Positions 1-8,300 are shown, numbered from the stretch's first letter. The stretch: DNA of 9,792 nt from Octopus sinensis (GCF_006345805.1 NW_021827833.1:1-9792); one strand, 5' to 3'. The notes: generated by a model not told the origin, from the letters alone. Translations and numbers: made by a program.

Positions 1-156
1 CACACAAACACACACAACACACACCCTGCATACACATACATATAAGCATGAGTAAATATTTAGCCATACATTATATTGATATGCATTTATAACGTATATA
101 TATTTATAGGCATATATAACGATATATATGTATATAGATATATATATATATTATAT

Positions 157-197
<41 letters not shown>

Positions 198-330
198 TAC
201 AGTATATATATGTGTGTGTCCGTGTGTGTGTCTACATATATATATATACATTATATGTGAGTGTATGTATGTATGACTGTATGTATGTGTGTGCATGTGT
301 GTATGTATTTTGTGTGTGTGTATATGTATG
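1..330. repeat. Compound (CA)n/(TA)n/(TG)n microsatellite tract
   Basis: Direct reading: interrupted CA, TA and TG dinucleotide runs. Confidence 0.95.
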
Positions 331-629
331 CATTACTCTACTTCGTTGTATTGAGTTCTTTCTCTGGATTGTTTCATATAGTTTTGCACTTTCTTCACAT
401 GTTTGTGTGTATGTGCACGTAAGTATTATATGCATGCATGCATGCATGTACGTATGCATACACATATATAGCTTATTCCGCCCACTCACCCATCCACTAG
501 CCCCGCCACACCCGCCCCACCCACAAAAAACACACACAAGCCAAATCTAGCTGAAGAAATTGAAATATGCACGTGAAAATGATGTGTTTGTTATGCCCAC
601 AGTGCTACCTCATCTGCAGAAAGCAACAG

Positions 630-1070
630 ATACATACACCATATATACATACATATATACATACATTTATACACACAGATATGCATACATATAAAACGTA
701 AGTATATACATACTTACATATAATAATATAATGTAAATATGTATTGTATGTCTGTACGTAAAATATATATATAGTATAATGTGTGTGTGTGTGTGTGTGG
801 TTTAGATATGTAGATGTATATTATACGTATATACACAGAAAGACTTATATCAATAAGGACATATAGAATTGGATTTATCCTGCAGGCATCAACTCTTAAG
901 ATAATCAGGTTTGTGAATGCAAATATATTAAAAATGCAACCCTAAAAAATAACAACAGAAAATACTACGTGTTCATGCGTGTGTACATATATATATTAAT
1001 ATATACATATATATGTATGTATATATGTGTGTGCATATGCATATATATATATATAATATATGTATATATC
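630..1070. repeat. Degenerate (TA)n/(TG)n microsatellite tracts flanking a short unique segment (~835-970)
   Basis: Direct reading: TA/TACA runs, (TG)n at ~780-799, TA-rich run ~980-1070. Confidence 0.85.
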
Positions 1071-1492
1071 ATTGTAGAAAAGCACTAAAAAGATGGCGTA
1101 CAAGTACTCAGAAGATGCAGACGATCTGCAATCCCGCGGTTTTCCATCTATCACAAAGACCAATGACAATTCACAACATCGCCATCGTGACATCATCTCT
1201 TCTTTTTTCACCCTCGCTCCTGCCCTCACTACCGCTTTCTTTCTCTCTCTCTCTCTCTTAATTTCTATCTCTCTCAAACACCACCTCCAACACCACCCCT
1301 GCTAAATCGGACGACATCACTACCAGCGCCACCACCGGTAAGTTTCGATATAACATCATCACGTGCCTATCATCCTTTTGTAATTTCATACACATCTCCC
1401 ACCACCTACAACTCCACCACGGCCACCACCGCTACTCGCACTTTCATACTTGATGGTGCTGACTAATGCATTTAAACTCATACGGACTTAGT

Positions 1493-1761
1493 TACACGCG
1501 CACACACACGCACACAAACACATACATACACACACAAAATCTAACATTTACAATCACACATACAAACTCCATAAATAAACCTATATATATATGTATATGT
1601 ATACTAACACATGCATATATATAAATATATATATATAAATTATGTTGTATATATAGATTGCTAGATATATAGATAGATACATACATACATACATAGACTG
1701 AATTATATGCATACATACTCGCGTAACCACAACATACATATGTATATATATAAATATATCT

Positions 1762-1797
<36 letters not shown>

Positions 1798-1837
1798 TAT
1801 ACTCTATTTATATATACATATAAGGACATATATATAG

Positions 1838-1868
<31 letters not shown>

Positions 1869-2020
1869 TATAATATATATTTATATATATATGTATACAT
1901 TTACGCATATGAGCGCATACATGGACATTATGATATATGTGTTGTTTGTCCCTATTTTTGTGCACGTGCATGTATATTCGTATATAGATATATATATATA
2001 TATCTATGTACCTTATACAT
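1493..2020. repeat. Compound (CA)n/(TA)n/(TACA)n microsatellite tract
   Basis: Direct reading; pure (TA)n runs near 1766-1790 and 1837-1890. Confidence 0.9.
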
Positions 2021-2264
2021 ACGTACTCATACGCATTTCACAGACCACATGCTGTTTCTTAACTCTACAATCTATTATAACTCTGTTTTACCATCGGCAG
2101 TGCAACATTTTTACCGACATTTTCCACTGCTAGAGATGTTAAAGATTGGAAATAAACAAACGAAAAGAATATAAAGAATGGCGGAAAAAAAATGTCGGAA
2201 AAAGAAAAAAGGAAACGGAAGCGAAGAGAAAAATGCGTCGTTAGTATTTCAGAGACACTTAGGA

Positions 2265-2740
2265 TATTATATAGTATGTATGTATATATAAATATATATA
2301 TAAACATATATATATATATATATATAAACATATATTATATATATATAAGTATATATATATAATATATCTATATATATATCTATATACATATATAATATAT
2401 ACATATATATTATATATATACACACACACACACACATATATATATATTGCATATAACACACGCTCACACATACACATTTATGCGTGTCCTGTGCATGTAT
2501 ATATATAATATATATATACATATATGTATGTATGTGTGTATGCACGTATGTATGCATGTATATGTATGTATTCATATATATATATATGTATGTATGTGTA
2601 TATACGTGTATGCGTATACTTATGTACATGTATATATGTGCGAGTGTGAGTACGAATGAGTGTGTGCGTGTGTGGTGTGTGTGTGTGTAATAAGCAATAT
2701 GCATATATATGTATATATATATGCGTGTGTGCGTATATTA

Positions 2741-2772
<32 letters not shown>

Positions 2773-2862
2773 CATACATATATATATTCACACATATATA
2801 TACATACATGCATGCATAAATAAATATGTATTTGCCCGAATTACATGCATTATATGTATATA
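2265..2862. repeat. Long compound (TA)n/(CA)n/(TG)n/(TATG)n microsatellite tract
   Basis: Direct reading; source of the YIYI/VCVC ORFs. Confidence 0.95.
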
Positions 2863-2898
2863 TTTCGAAGTTATTGATCGAAGTTAGGCAAAATAAGG

Positions 2899-2919
2899 TA
2901 ATAACAATAATAATAATAA

Positions 2920-2966
<47 letters not shown>
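2899..2966. repeat. (AAT)n trinucleotide microsatellite
   Basis: About 22 AAT units with two interruptions. Confidence 0.97.
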
Positions 2967-3282
2967 GTTAGCTCTTTTGTCCCTCGAATCAACGGGAAAC
3001 CCTGCTAAAATACTTTTACAATTATAAAGTGTCCAAAGTTGGCAATATAACGGACAAAACGACAGAGATTAGAACGCTGCTGATGATTGGTACAATTATA
3101 GCGAAGAAGTCGGTAACACATACACAAATGTGAATATATTGCATGCGAGTGTGTGTTTGTGTGTCTCTGTGTGTGCATGTGTATGTTGCAGCGTGTATCT
3201 GTGCGCATGTGTGCGTGGTGTATGTATGTGTGTGTAATCTGAAACAAATATGTGTGTGTAAATGTATACATATATAATTTTT

Positions 3283-3469
3283 GTAGTAGTAGTAGTAGTA
3301 GTAGTGTGGTGGTCGTGGTGGTGGTCGTGGTGGTGGTCGTGGTGGTGGTCGTGGTTGTGGTCGTGGTGGTCGTGGTGGTCGTGGTGGTGGTGATGGTGGT
3401 GGTGGTGATGTTGCTGGTGCTGGTGGTGCTGGTAGTGCTGGTGGTGGTGCTGGTGGTGGTGCTGGTGGT
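3283..3469. repeat. Compound trinucleotide array (GTA)n -> (GTG)n with periodic GTC -> (GGT/GCT)n
   Basis: Direct reading; a 12-bp unit GTGGTGGTGGTC recurs, then GCTGGTGGT-type units. Confidence 0.97.
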
Positions 3470-3561
3470 TAAATACTTTGATTTGACCTCATGCAACTTA
3501 AAATTTCGTAGGCTCGTTAGATGAACCTAGCTCGTCGAGCACAGGAGGCCGAATATAAGAG

Positions 3562-3718
<157 letters not shown>

Positions 3719-3789
3719 TACACATATGCTGATTAATGCATATACATATATACCTACACAAACAAAAAATTAGCTCAAGCTTCATCACT

Positions 3790-5560
3790 ACCCAATGGAA
3801 AAAGTTAACTGAATTACAAAATGATGAGGAATTAACAATTAAAGAACCGATAGTAGTGATGGACACGGACTACGACAAAGACCTCGTAGCATCCGGACTG
3901 AATAATGAAGACTACTACGAAAAGATCGAAGACTATAATCCTCAATGAATAATGACAAGTCTCCGACATTAGTTCAACTACACGGAAAAGGCCTGACGAA
4001 AAAAGAAATAGACTACGTAACTAACTTTAAATGTAAACCCAGCCGCTTTTATGGCTTACCGAAAATTCATGAAAGCTATATTATAAATGAAGCAATTAAA
4101 AAATCACGGAAGTTATACATACATATACCAACACCAGGAGACCTTAAACTAAGGCCCATTATAGCTGGACCATCCTGTGAAACGCAGACTGAGTTACTTC
4201 ATTGAAGCTACTTCTAAAATATGTTAAAAGTTACATTAGAGATGATTTGGATATGTTAAGCCACTTCCCAAAAGGAAAAACACTTATGATCGCCTTCGAT
4301 AATGTAAACCTGTATACTAATATCTCCCATAATTATGGATTAGGAGCAACTCAGTTCTGGCTGGGAAAATATCCAGAGGACATGCCGGAACGTATTAACG
4401 AAGTGTTTGTAATTGAATCATTAAAATTTATTCGCCAGTAAAATCACTTCGTGCTTGACACCACTGTATTCCGACAAAAATTTGGAGTTGCAATGGGGAC
4501 CAAAGTAGCCCCCGTCCTTGCCAACCTGACAATTGACTATTTGGAACTAACAGTATAAGAGGAGTCACTCACAAAATTCGGACATCTCCTTTCCCAATAC
4601 ATAAAGGAACATTGGGAGCGATATTTGGATGACTGCTTCATTCTATGGAATGAGAACATGGAGAAAGTTTTGGAATTCAAATGACTTCTTAATATCATAA
4701 CTACAAATATATAATTCACAGTGGAACACAAGAAAAAGGAACTCCCTTTTCCAGACATACTAATCAAAAGGTAAATAAAAAATAGAAACCGGCATATTTT
4801 ACAAAACTATAGACTCGAAAAAATACTTATTATTTAGTTCATGACATCCGAGACATATTAAAATAAATATCCCTTTCAATCTAGCGAGAAGAGTCTGCAG
4901 TATAGTGTCGGAAAAATACCAGAGAACTCAGACTGCAAGAACTTAAAAACATACTCGCTGACAGACACTACTCAACTTTGCTAATAGATGATGGGATAAA
5001 ACGTGAAAAAAGAATTAATATACAAACCCAAAGATGATCAAATAAAACAACACACCTACTCTAAATATATTACCTTATATTTCCACATATAACTCCTGAA
5101 ACAATGAAGCATATAACACTGTTATTCAAAACCTTCTAATACTGCATAAGGATCATAAGCTGTATGAAATCCTACGCACCCATAAAATTATCAAAAGCAA
5201 CAAACAGCTAGGACCACTGAAGAGGATACTCGCAAATGCAAAACTATACTTAAAAATAATGGAAGCAAGAGTTTAAAATGTGGGCAACCGAACTGTGGAA
5301 CATGCTCCAACATGATGGAAGGCTCAGAATTCCATTTTAAACAAAGATAAAAATTTAAAATTAAAACTGACTTCATTTGCGCCTCTGAAAATTTCACCTG
5401 CGTCATAACATGTTCCGGCTGCAATACGAATTACATAGGCTCAACAGGAATGTCCCACAGACATAGATCTACACTACACGAACAACAAATCTACCACCCC
5501 CACACGGTCAAATACCACTCAGTGGTCACATAGACAGATGTGCTACGAACGCCAACCACA
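3790..5560 (+). pseudogene. Decayed Penelope-like element polyprotein: reverse transcriptase + Cys linker + C-terminal GIY-YIG endonuclease
   Basis: Collinear motifs across frameshifts and stops: FYGLPKIH 4047-4070, LRPIIAGP 4149-4172, FDNVNLYTNI 4295-4324, QKFGVAMGTKVAPVLANL 4475-4528, catalytic YLDD 4622-4633, LPFPDILI 4742-4765, thumb-region HPRHIKINIPFNLARR, C-x4-C-x2-C (CGQPNCGTC) 5279-5305, VITCSGCNTNYIGST with YIG at 5432-5440, SGHIDRC 5521-5541. In-frame stops at 4439, 4556, 4682 and 4712 plus several frameshifts. Confidence 0.93.
3790..5560 (+). mobile_element. Penelope-like retrotransposon relic, probably Neptune clade, truncated at both ends by microsatellite
   Basis: RT followed by GIY-YIG is diagnostic of EN+ PLEs. 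The Cys-rich RT-EN linker is characteristic of Neptune-type elements, and the C-terminal EN argues against the N-terminal-EN Naiad/Chlamys type. The clade call needs a tree. Confidence 0.85.
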
Positions 5561-5572
5561 ATTGTGTGTGTC

Positions 5573-5591
5573 TCTGTCTGTGTGTGTAGCT

Positions 5592-5651
<60 letters not shown>

Positions 5652-5669
5652 ATATATTATATATATATA
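5573..5669. repeat. (TG/TC)n then (TA)n microsatellite ending the PLE reading frame
   Basis: Direct reading. Confidence 0.95.
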
Positions 5670-5865
5670 GTCAAAAGAATAATAGCAGACGCTGGATAAT
5701 TGTCAGTTCATTACAACTGTTTCTTACGCATCTTTTTAATAGAAGAATGAGGACATTACTTCATTAGAAAAACCGGAATCATCAGATGAAACGTAATTTT
5801 ACAGACAAAAGAACATTCCAAGAATACAGCAGGAACTTCTATTTTCCCTATATACTTATAGGAAT
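5670..5865 (-). mobile_element. Probable PLE pseudo-LTR (pLTR) fragment, cassette A, carrying a hammerhead motif
   Basis: About 195-bp unique segment bounded on both sides by (TA)n, containing the HHR at 5707-5790. The pLTR identity is inferred from the HHR type. Confidence 0.55.
5707..5790 (-). ncRNA. Minimal type I hammerhead ribozyme motif (HHR-A) with a 55-nt hairpin domain II
   Basis: Minus strand reads TTCAT-CTGATGA-[55 nt]-GAAA-CAGTTG-TA^-ATGAA. Stem I TTCAT/ATGAA is 5 perfect bp, the core CUGAUGA and GAAA are intact, the triplet is GUA, and stem III ACAGTTGT is near-palindromic. Domain II folds by eye as TTTTT/AAAAG, TAAT/ATTA, GAAG/CTTC, AATG/CATT with loop TCCT. Confidence 0.7.
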
Positions 5866-5879
5866 ATATATATACATAT

Positions 5880-6131
5880 ATAATAATAAATATTAGGGAA
5901 TAAATCCAAATTTACAGGGAAAAATCAGATTTAGGATTGAATCCAATTTTATAGTAAAATATTATATAATATTAATTAGAGACAAAACCACTATTATGCA
6001 AATCAAACAAAGAAAGACTTAATCCAATACATAAAATTTTATATAATTATAAAATTAAGTTATCCACTACAATTGTTTCTTGTCACTTCTAAGGACATTC
6101 ATCAGGGGTTTTCAGACCTTCTATTTAATTT
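5880..6131 (-). mobile_element. Probable PLE pLTR fragment, cassette B (left arm of the palindrome plus extension)
   Basis: HHR at 6064-6108 followed on the minus strand by AT-rich sequence and CCCT|GTAAAT (5915-5910). 5894-5925 is homologous to 8400-8433. Confidence 0.6.
6064..6108 (-). ncRNA. Minimal type I hammerhead motif (HHR-B), stem I damaged
   Basis: Minus strand reads CCC-CTGATGA-A-TGTC-CTTAGAAGT-GACA-A-GAAA-CAATTG-TA^-GTGG. Core intact, palindromic stem III ACAATTGT, stem I has lost the A of CCAC. Confidence 0.62.
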
Positions 6132-6155
6132 TAAATTGAATAGAAGGTCTGAAAA

Positions 6156-6200
6156 CCACCTGATGATGTCCTTAGAAGTGACAAGAAACAATTGTAGTGG
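6156..6200 (+). ncRNA. Minimal type I hammerhead motif (HHR-C)
   Basis: CCAC(6156-59)-CTGATGA(6160-66)-TGTC-CTTAGAAGT-GACA-A-GAAA(6185-88)-CAATTG-TA^(6196)-GTGG(6197-6200). Stem I and stem II are 4 bp each, stem III ACAATTGT is palindromic, triplet GUA. There is one extra A before GAAA. Confidence 0.75.
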
Positions 6201-6384
6201 ATAACTTAATTTTATTTAATTTATATAAAATTTTTATGTATTGGATTAAGTCTTTCTTTGTTTGATTTGCATAATAGTGGTTTTGTCTCTAATTAATATT
6301 ATATTATATATACATATATATATATATGTGTGTGTGTGTGTCTGTATGTGTGTGTGGACAGCGGTTGAATTTTATTTCATCCTT

Positions 6385-6438
6385 TACTTTGAAGTGTTGC
6401 AAAGGGAGATTTCTAACAAAGAAACGATCGTATGCATG
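6385..6438 (+). ncRNA. Degenerate hammerhead-like motif (HHR-F)
   Basis: GAAA(6421-24)-CGATCG-TA has palindromic ACGATCGT, preceded by stem TGTTG(6395-99)/TAACA(6414-18). The 5' core is corrupted (TTGAAG) and stem I is not recoverable. Confidence 0.3.
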
Positions 6439-6568
6439 TATTAAAATTCTTTTATATTTCAACATCTCTTCTCCATTTTTAATAAACTTGTTGAATTTCT
6501 ATAGGATACTTTTCCATAAATTCTCATAACACACCATATATATATTATAATATATAGATATATATATA

Positions 6569-6615
6569 ATAATGTGACCGCGTGTGTACTGTTGGCGATA
6601 TATATACATATATAT

Positions 6616-6673
<58 letters not shown>

Positions 6674-6699
6674 GTGACCGCGTGTGTACTGTTGGCGAT
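6569..6699 (+). repeat. 31-bp perfect direct repeat (6569-6599, 6669-6699) separated by (TA)n
   Basis: ATAATGTGACCGCGTGTGTACTGTTGGCGAT occurs twice, offset exactly 100 bp; only the second copy continues into unique sequence. Confidence 0.97.
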
Positions 6700-6880
6700 T
6701 TTTCCCTCTGTCTTCCCTTCTCTGTATCTTTCCTTCTCCTATGTTTCCGACGAAGAGCTCCGCTCGAAGCATTACACCCTCCTTCTTTCCTTCTTTCCTG
6801 AGCGTCCAATAATACTATATTTGTTCCACGTCCTCGCGTTGTTGTGGTTTTTTTGTGCTTTCATGTTTGGATTAACTTTA
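6669..6880 (+). mobile_element. Probable PLE pLTR fragment, cassette D
   Basis: About 210-bp pyrimidine-rich unique segment bounded by (TA)n, containing the degenerate HHR at 6743-6777. It resembles an abundant octopus repeat as I recall it. Confidence 0.55.
6743..6777 (+). ncRNA. Degenerate minimal hammerhead motif (HHR-D), probably inactive
   Basis: GTTT-CCGACGA-A-GAGC-TCC-GCTC-GAAG-CA-TT-ACAC. Stem II is perfect (GAGC/GCTC), stem I has 3 of 4 pairs, and four substitutions separate it from GTTT-CTGACGA...GAAA-CG-TT-AAAC with ACGT stem III. Confidence 0.5.
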
Positions 6881-6888
6881 TTATATAT

Positions 6889-6933
<45 letters not shown>

Positions 6934-6935
6934 TA

Positions 6936-7165
6936 TATTCTTTTATTCTTTCACTTGTATCAGTCACCTGACTGCGGCCATGCTGGAGCTCCACCTTTAG
7001 TCGAGCAAGTCGAGCCCAGAACTTATTCTTTGTAAGCCTAGTACTTATTCTATCGCTCTTTGGCTGAACCGCTAAGTTACGGGGACGTAAACACACCAGC
7101 GTCGGTTGTGAAGCGATGTTGGGGACAAAACATACAAACATACACACACACACATACATATAATC

Positions 7166-7232
<67 letters not shown>

Positions 7233-7391
7233 TACGACGGGCTTCTTTTAGTTTCCTTCTACCAAATCCACTTGGTAAGCCCGAGGCTATAGTAGGATAC
7301 ACCTTGCCAAAGGTACCACGCAGTGGAACTGAACCCGGAACCATGTGGTTGGTAAGCAAGCTACTTACCATACATCCACTCCTGCACCTAT
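6936..7391 (-). mobile_element. Near-full-length tRNA-derived SINE with an internal microsatellite
   Basis: Minus-strand head ATAGGTGCAGGAGTGGATGTATGGTAAG (A-box-like) ... GGTTCAGTTCC (B-box-like), body, internal (TA)n/(TG)n at ~7130-7233, conserved 3' domain, tail AAGAATAAAAGAATA. The 3' half is homologous to 8112-8300 and the head to 9009-9068. Confidence 0.88.
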
Positions 7392-7820
7392 CACATATAT
7401 AAATATATATATATATGTAAAGTCACGACATGTAAAAAAAAAAGCAAGCTGCAATGCAGAATAAAACTGTAACTTTTCGAAACAGAATTTATATAAATAT
7501 ATATTAGATTGTAATTTTAGTTGCTTGTGAATAAACAATTCTCTTTCTAAATAGATTTCATCCCGCTCGACGATTTCCGTTGTCATGCTGATGCATGCAT
7601 TTTTACGGGAGATGCATTCGTACACACAAGATTAAATTGTTTAAGACTGATTATATTCGGAGTAAACAAACATTTGTTTCAGTTTAAATATGTTTGGAAG
7701 GTATTTGACCTGTACAAAGACCGTATTTACTGCTGTTTGCCGTTAAAAAGAATTCTTGCTGTAGGTAATAGGTGTTAAAAAACAACAGCAGTCAATTTTA
7801 AAGGAGACTACTGGCGGAAG

Positions 7821-7861
7821 CGGTGAATGCATTTCTAACTTATTGACAATCATCAGCACCG
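7821..7861 (-). ncRNA. Candidate minimal type I hammerhead motif (HHR-E)
   Basis: Minus strand reads CGGTG-CTGATGA-TTGTCAATAAGTTA-GAAA-TGCA-TT^-CACCG. Stem I is 5 perfect bp, core intact, stem III ATGCAT palindromic. Stem II is weak (one U.U mismatch) and the triplet is AUU. Confidence 0.5.
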
Positions 7862-8111
7862 TGTACCGCAAGAGACAGAACTTTGGAATAACTTTGGAAA
7901 TATTTGTTTCCTTATAGTAAGGAAAAACATGAGTGTAATTGATGCGCGAATCAAGTGTTGTAAATGGTTTCCTGCTAACTCTACCCGCGTTAGAATGCGC
8001 ACTAACATGTGATAACTGCACGTAGTATTCGATTCTTGGCAAGAGCATTCAGGGAAGTTATGTTGAGTTCTCTCCATGCTGTAGATATTATCTCTCCATC
8101 TCATAGGATCA

Positions 8112-8300
8112 TTTTACTTCTTTCAGTCATCACACTGCGGCCATGCTGGAGCACCACCCGAAAAAAGTTTAAAGTCGAATGAATAGACCTTATTTTTAAG
8201 CCTGGTACGTATTCTATCGGTCTCTTATGCCGAACCTCTACGTCACAGGGACGTAAACACGCCAACATCGGCTGTTAGGTGGGGAACAAACACAAACACA
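8112..8300 (-). mobile_element. 3' half of a more diverged copy of the same SINE
   Basis: CAGTCA..ACTGCGGCCATGCTGGAGC, TAAGCCT.GTAC.TATTCTATCG and GGGACGTAAACAC.CCA.C.TCGG align to 6961-7125; followed by the expected (CA)n/(TA)n. Confidence 0.85.

Larger units (their letters stand above)
5964..6304. repeat. Near-perfect long inverted repeat (arms 5964-6131 and 6133-6304, centre 6132)
   Basis: Arms of 168 and 172 bp are reverse complements, differing only by a 6126/6138 mismatch, CCC vs CCAC, GAAT vs GAT and one short A/T-rich indel region. Confidence 0.97.

Noticed and set aside
1109-1130. CAGAAGA followed by a perfect TGCAG/CTGCA hairpin, resembling an HHR core plus stem II
   Set aside because: U4 is wrong and there is no GAAA or stem I after the hairpin.
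1093-1343. ORF MAYKYSEDADD... with AAGATGGCG start context and a GTAAGT donor-like site at 1338-1343
   Set aside because: No recognisable domain; it runs into (CT)n and (CAC)-rich low complexity; the donor is beyond the stop of this frame and no acceptor can be supported.
2114-2198. 10-bp inverted repeat CCGACATTTT / AAAATGTCGG
   Set aside because: Short and partly homopolymeric, with no element-like ends; compatible with chance.
76-2992. Many ORFs rich in YIYI, VCVC and HTHT (also those at 5540-7402, 8279-8879 and 9382-9600)
   Set aside because: They are translations of dinucleotide microsatellites, which lack stop codons in some frames; no protein-like content.
3080-3115. CTGATGA core-like heptamer
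   Set aside because: Followed by GAAG rather than GAAA, with no convincing stem II or stem I.
3488-3525. Minus-strand TTCAT-CTAACGA-GCCTAC-GAAA...ATGAG hammerhead-like arrangement
   Set aside because: G5 is mutated, stem II is 1 bp, and there is no UH at the predicted cut site.
5741-5795. Plus-strand RRM...HYFIRK, resembling the missing C-terminus of the GIY-YIG domain
   Set aside because: It needs frameshifts, is separated from the ORF by a microsatellite plus unrelated sequence, and is better explained as the antisense of the HHR-A hairpin. An alignment to an intact family member would settle it.
6569-6699. 31-bp direct repeats as a CRISPR array
   Set aside because: Only two copies, the spacer is (TA)n, the context is eukaryotic, and there are no cas genes.
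7325-7391. tRNA gene
   Set aside because: A/B-box-like motifs are present but there is no full cloverleaf, and the sequence continues into a SINE body shared with other copies.
7365-8104. Minus-strand ORFs with faint echoes of retroelement C-termini (VFPYYK, YLERELFIHK, WRELNITSLNALAKNR)
   Set aside because: Each match is a few residues, they are in different frames, and they could be chance; not supportable without an HMM search.
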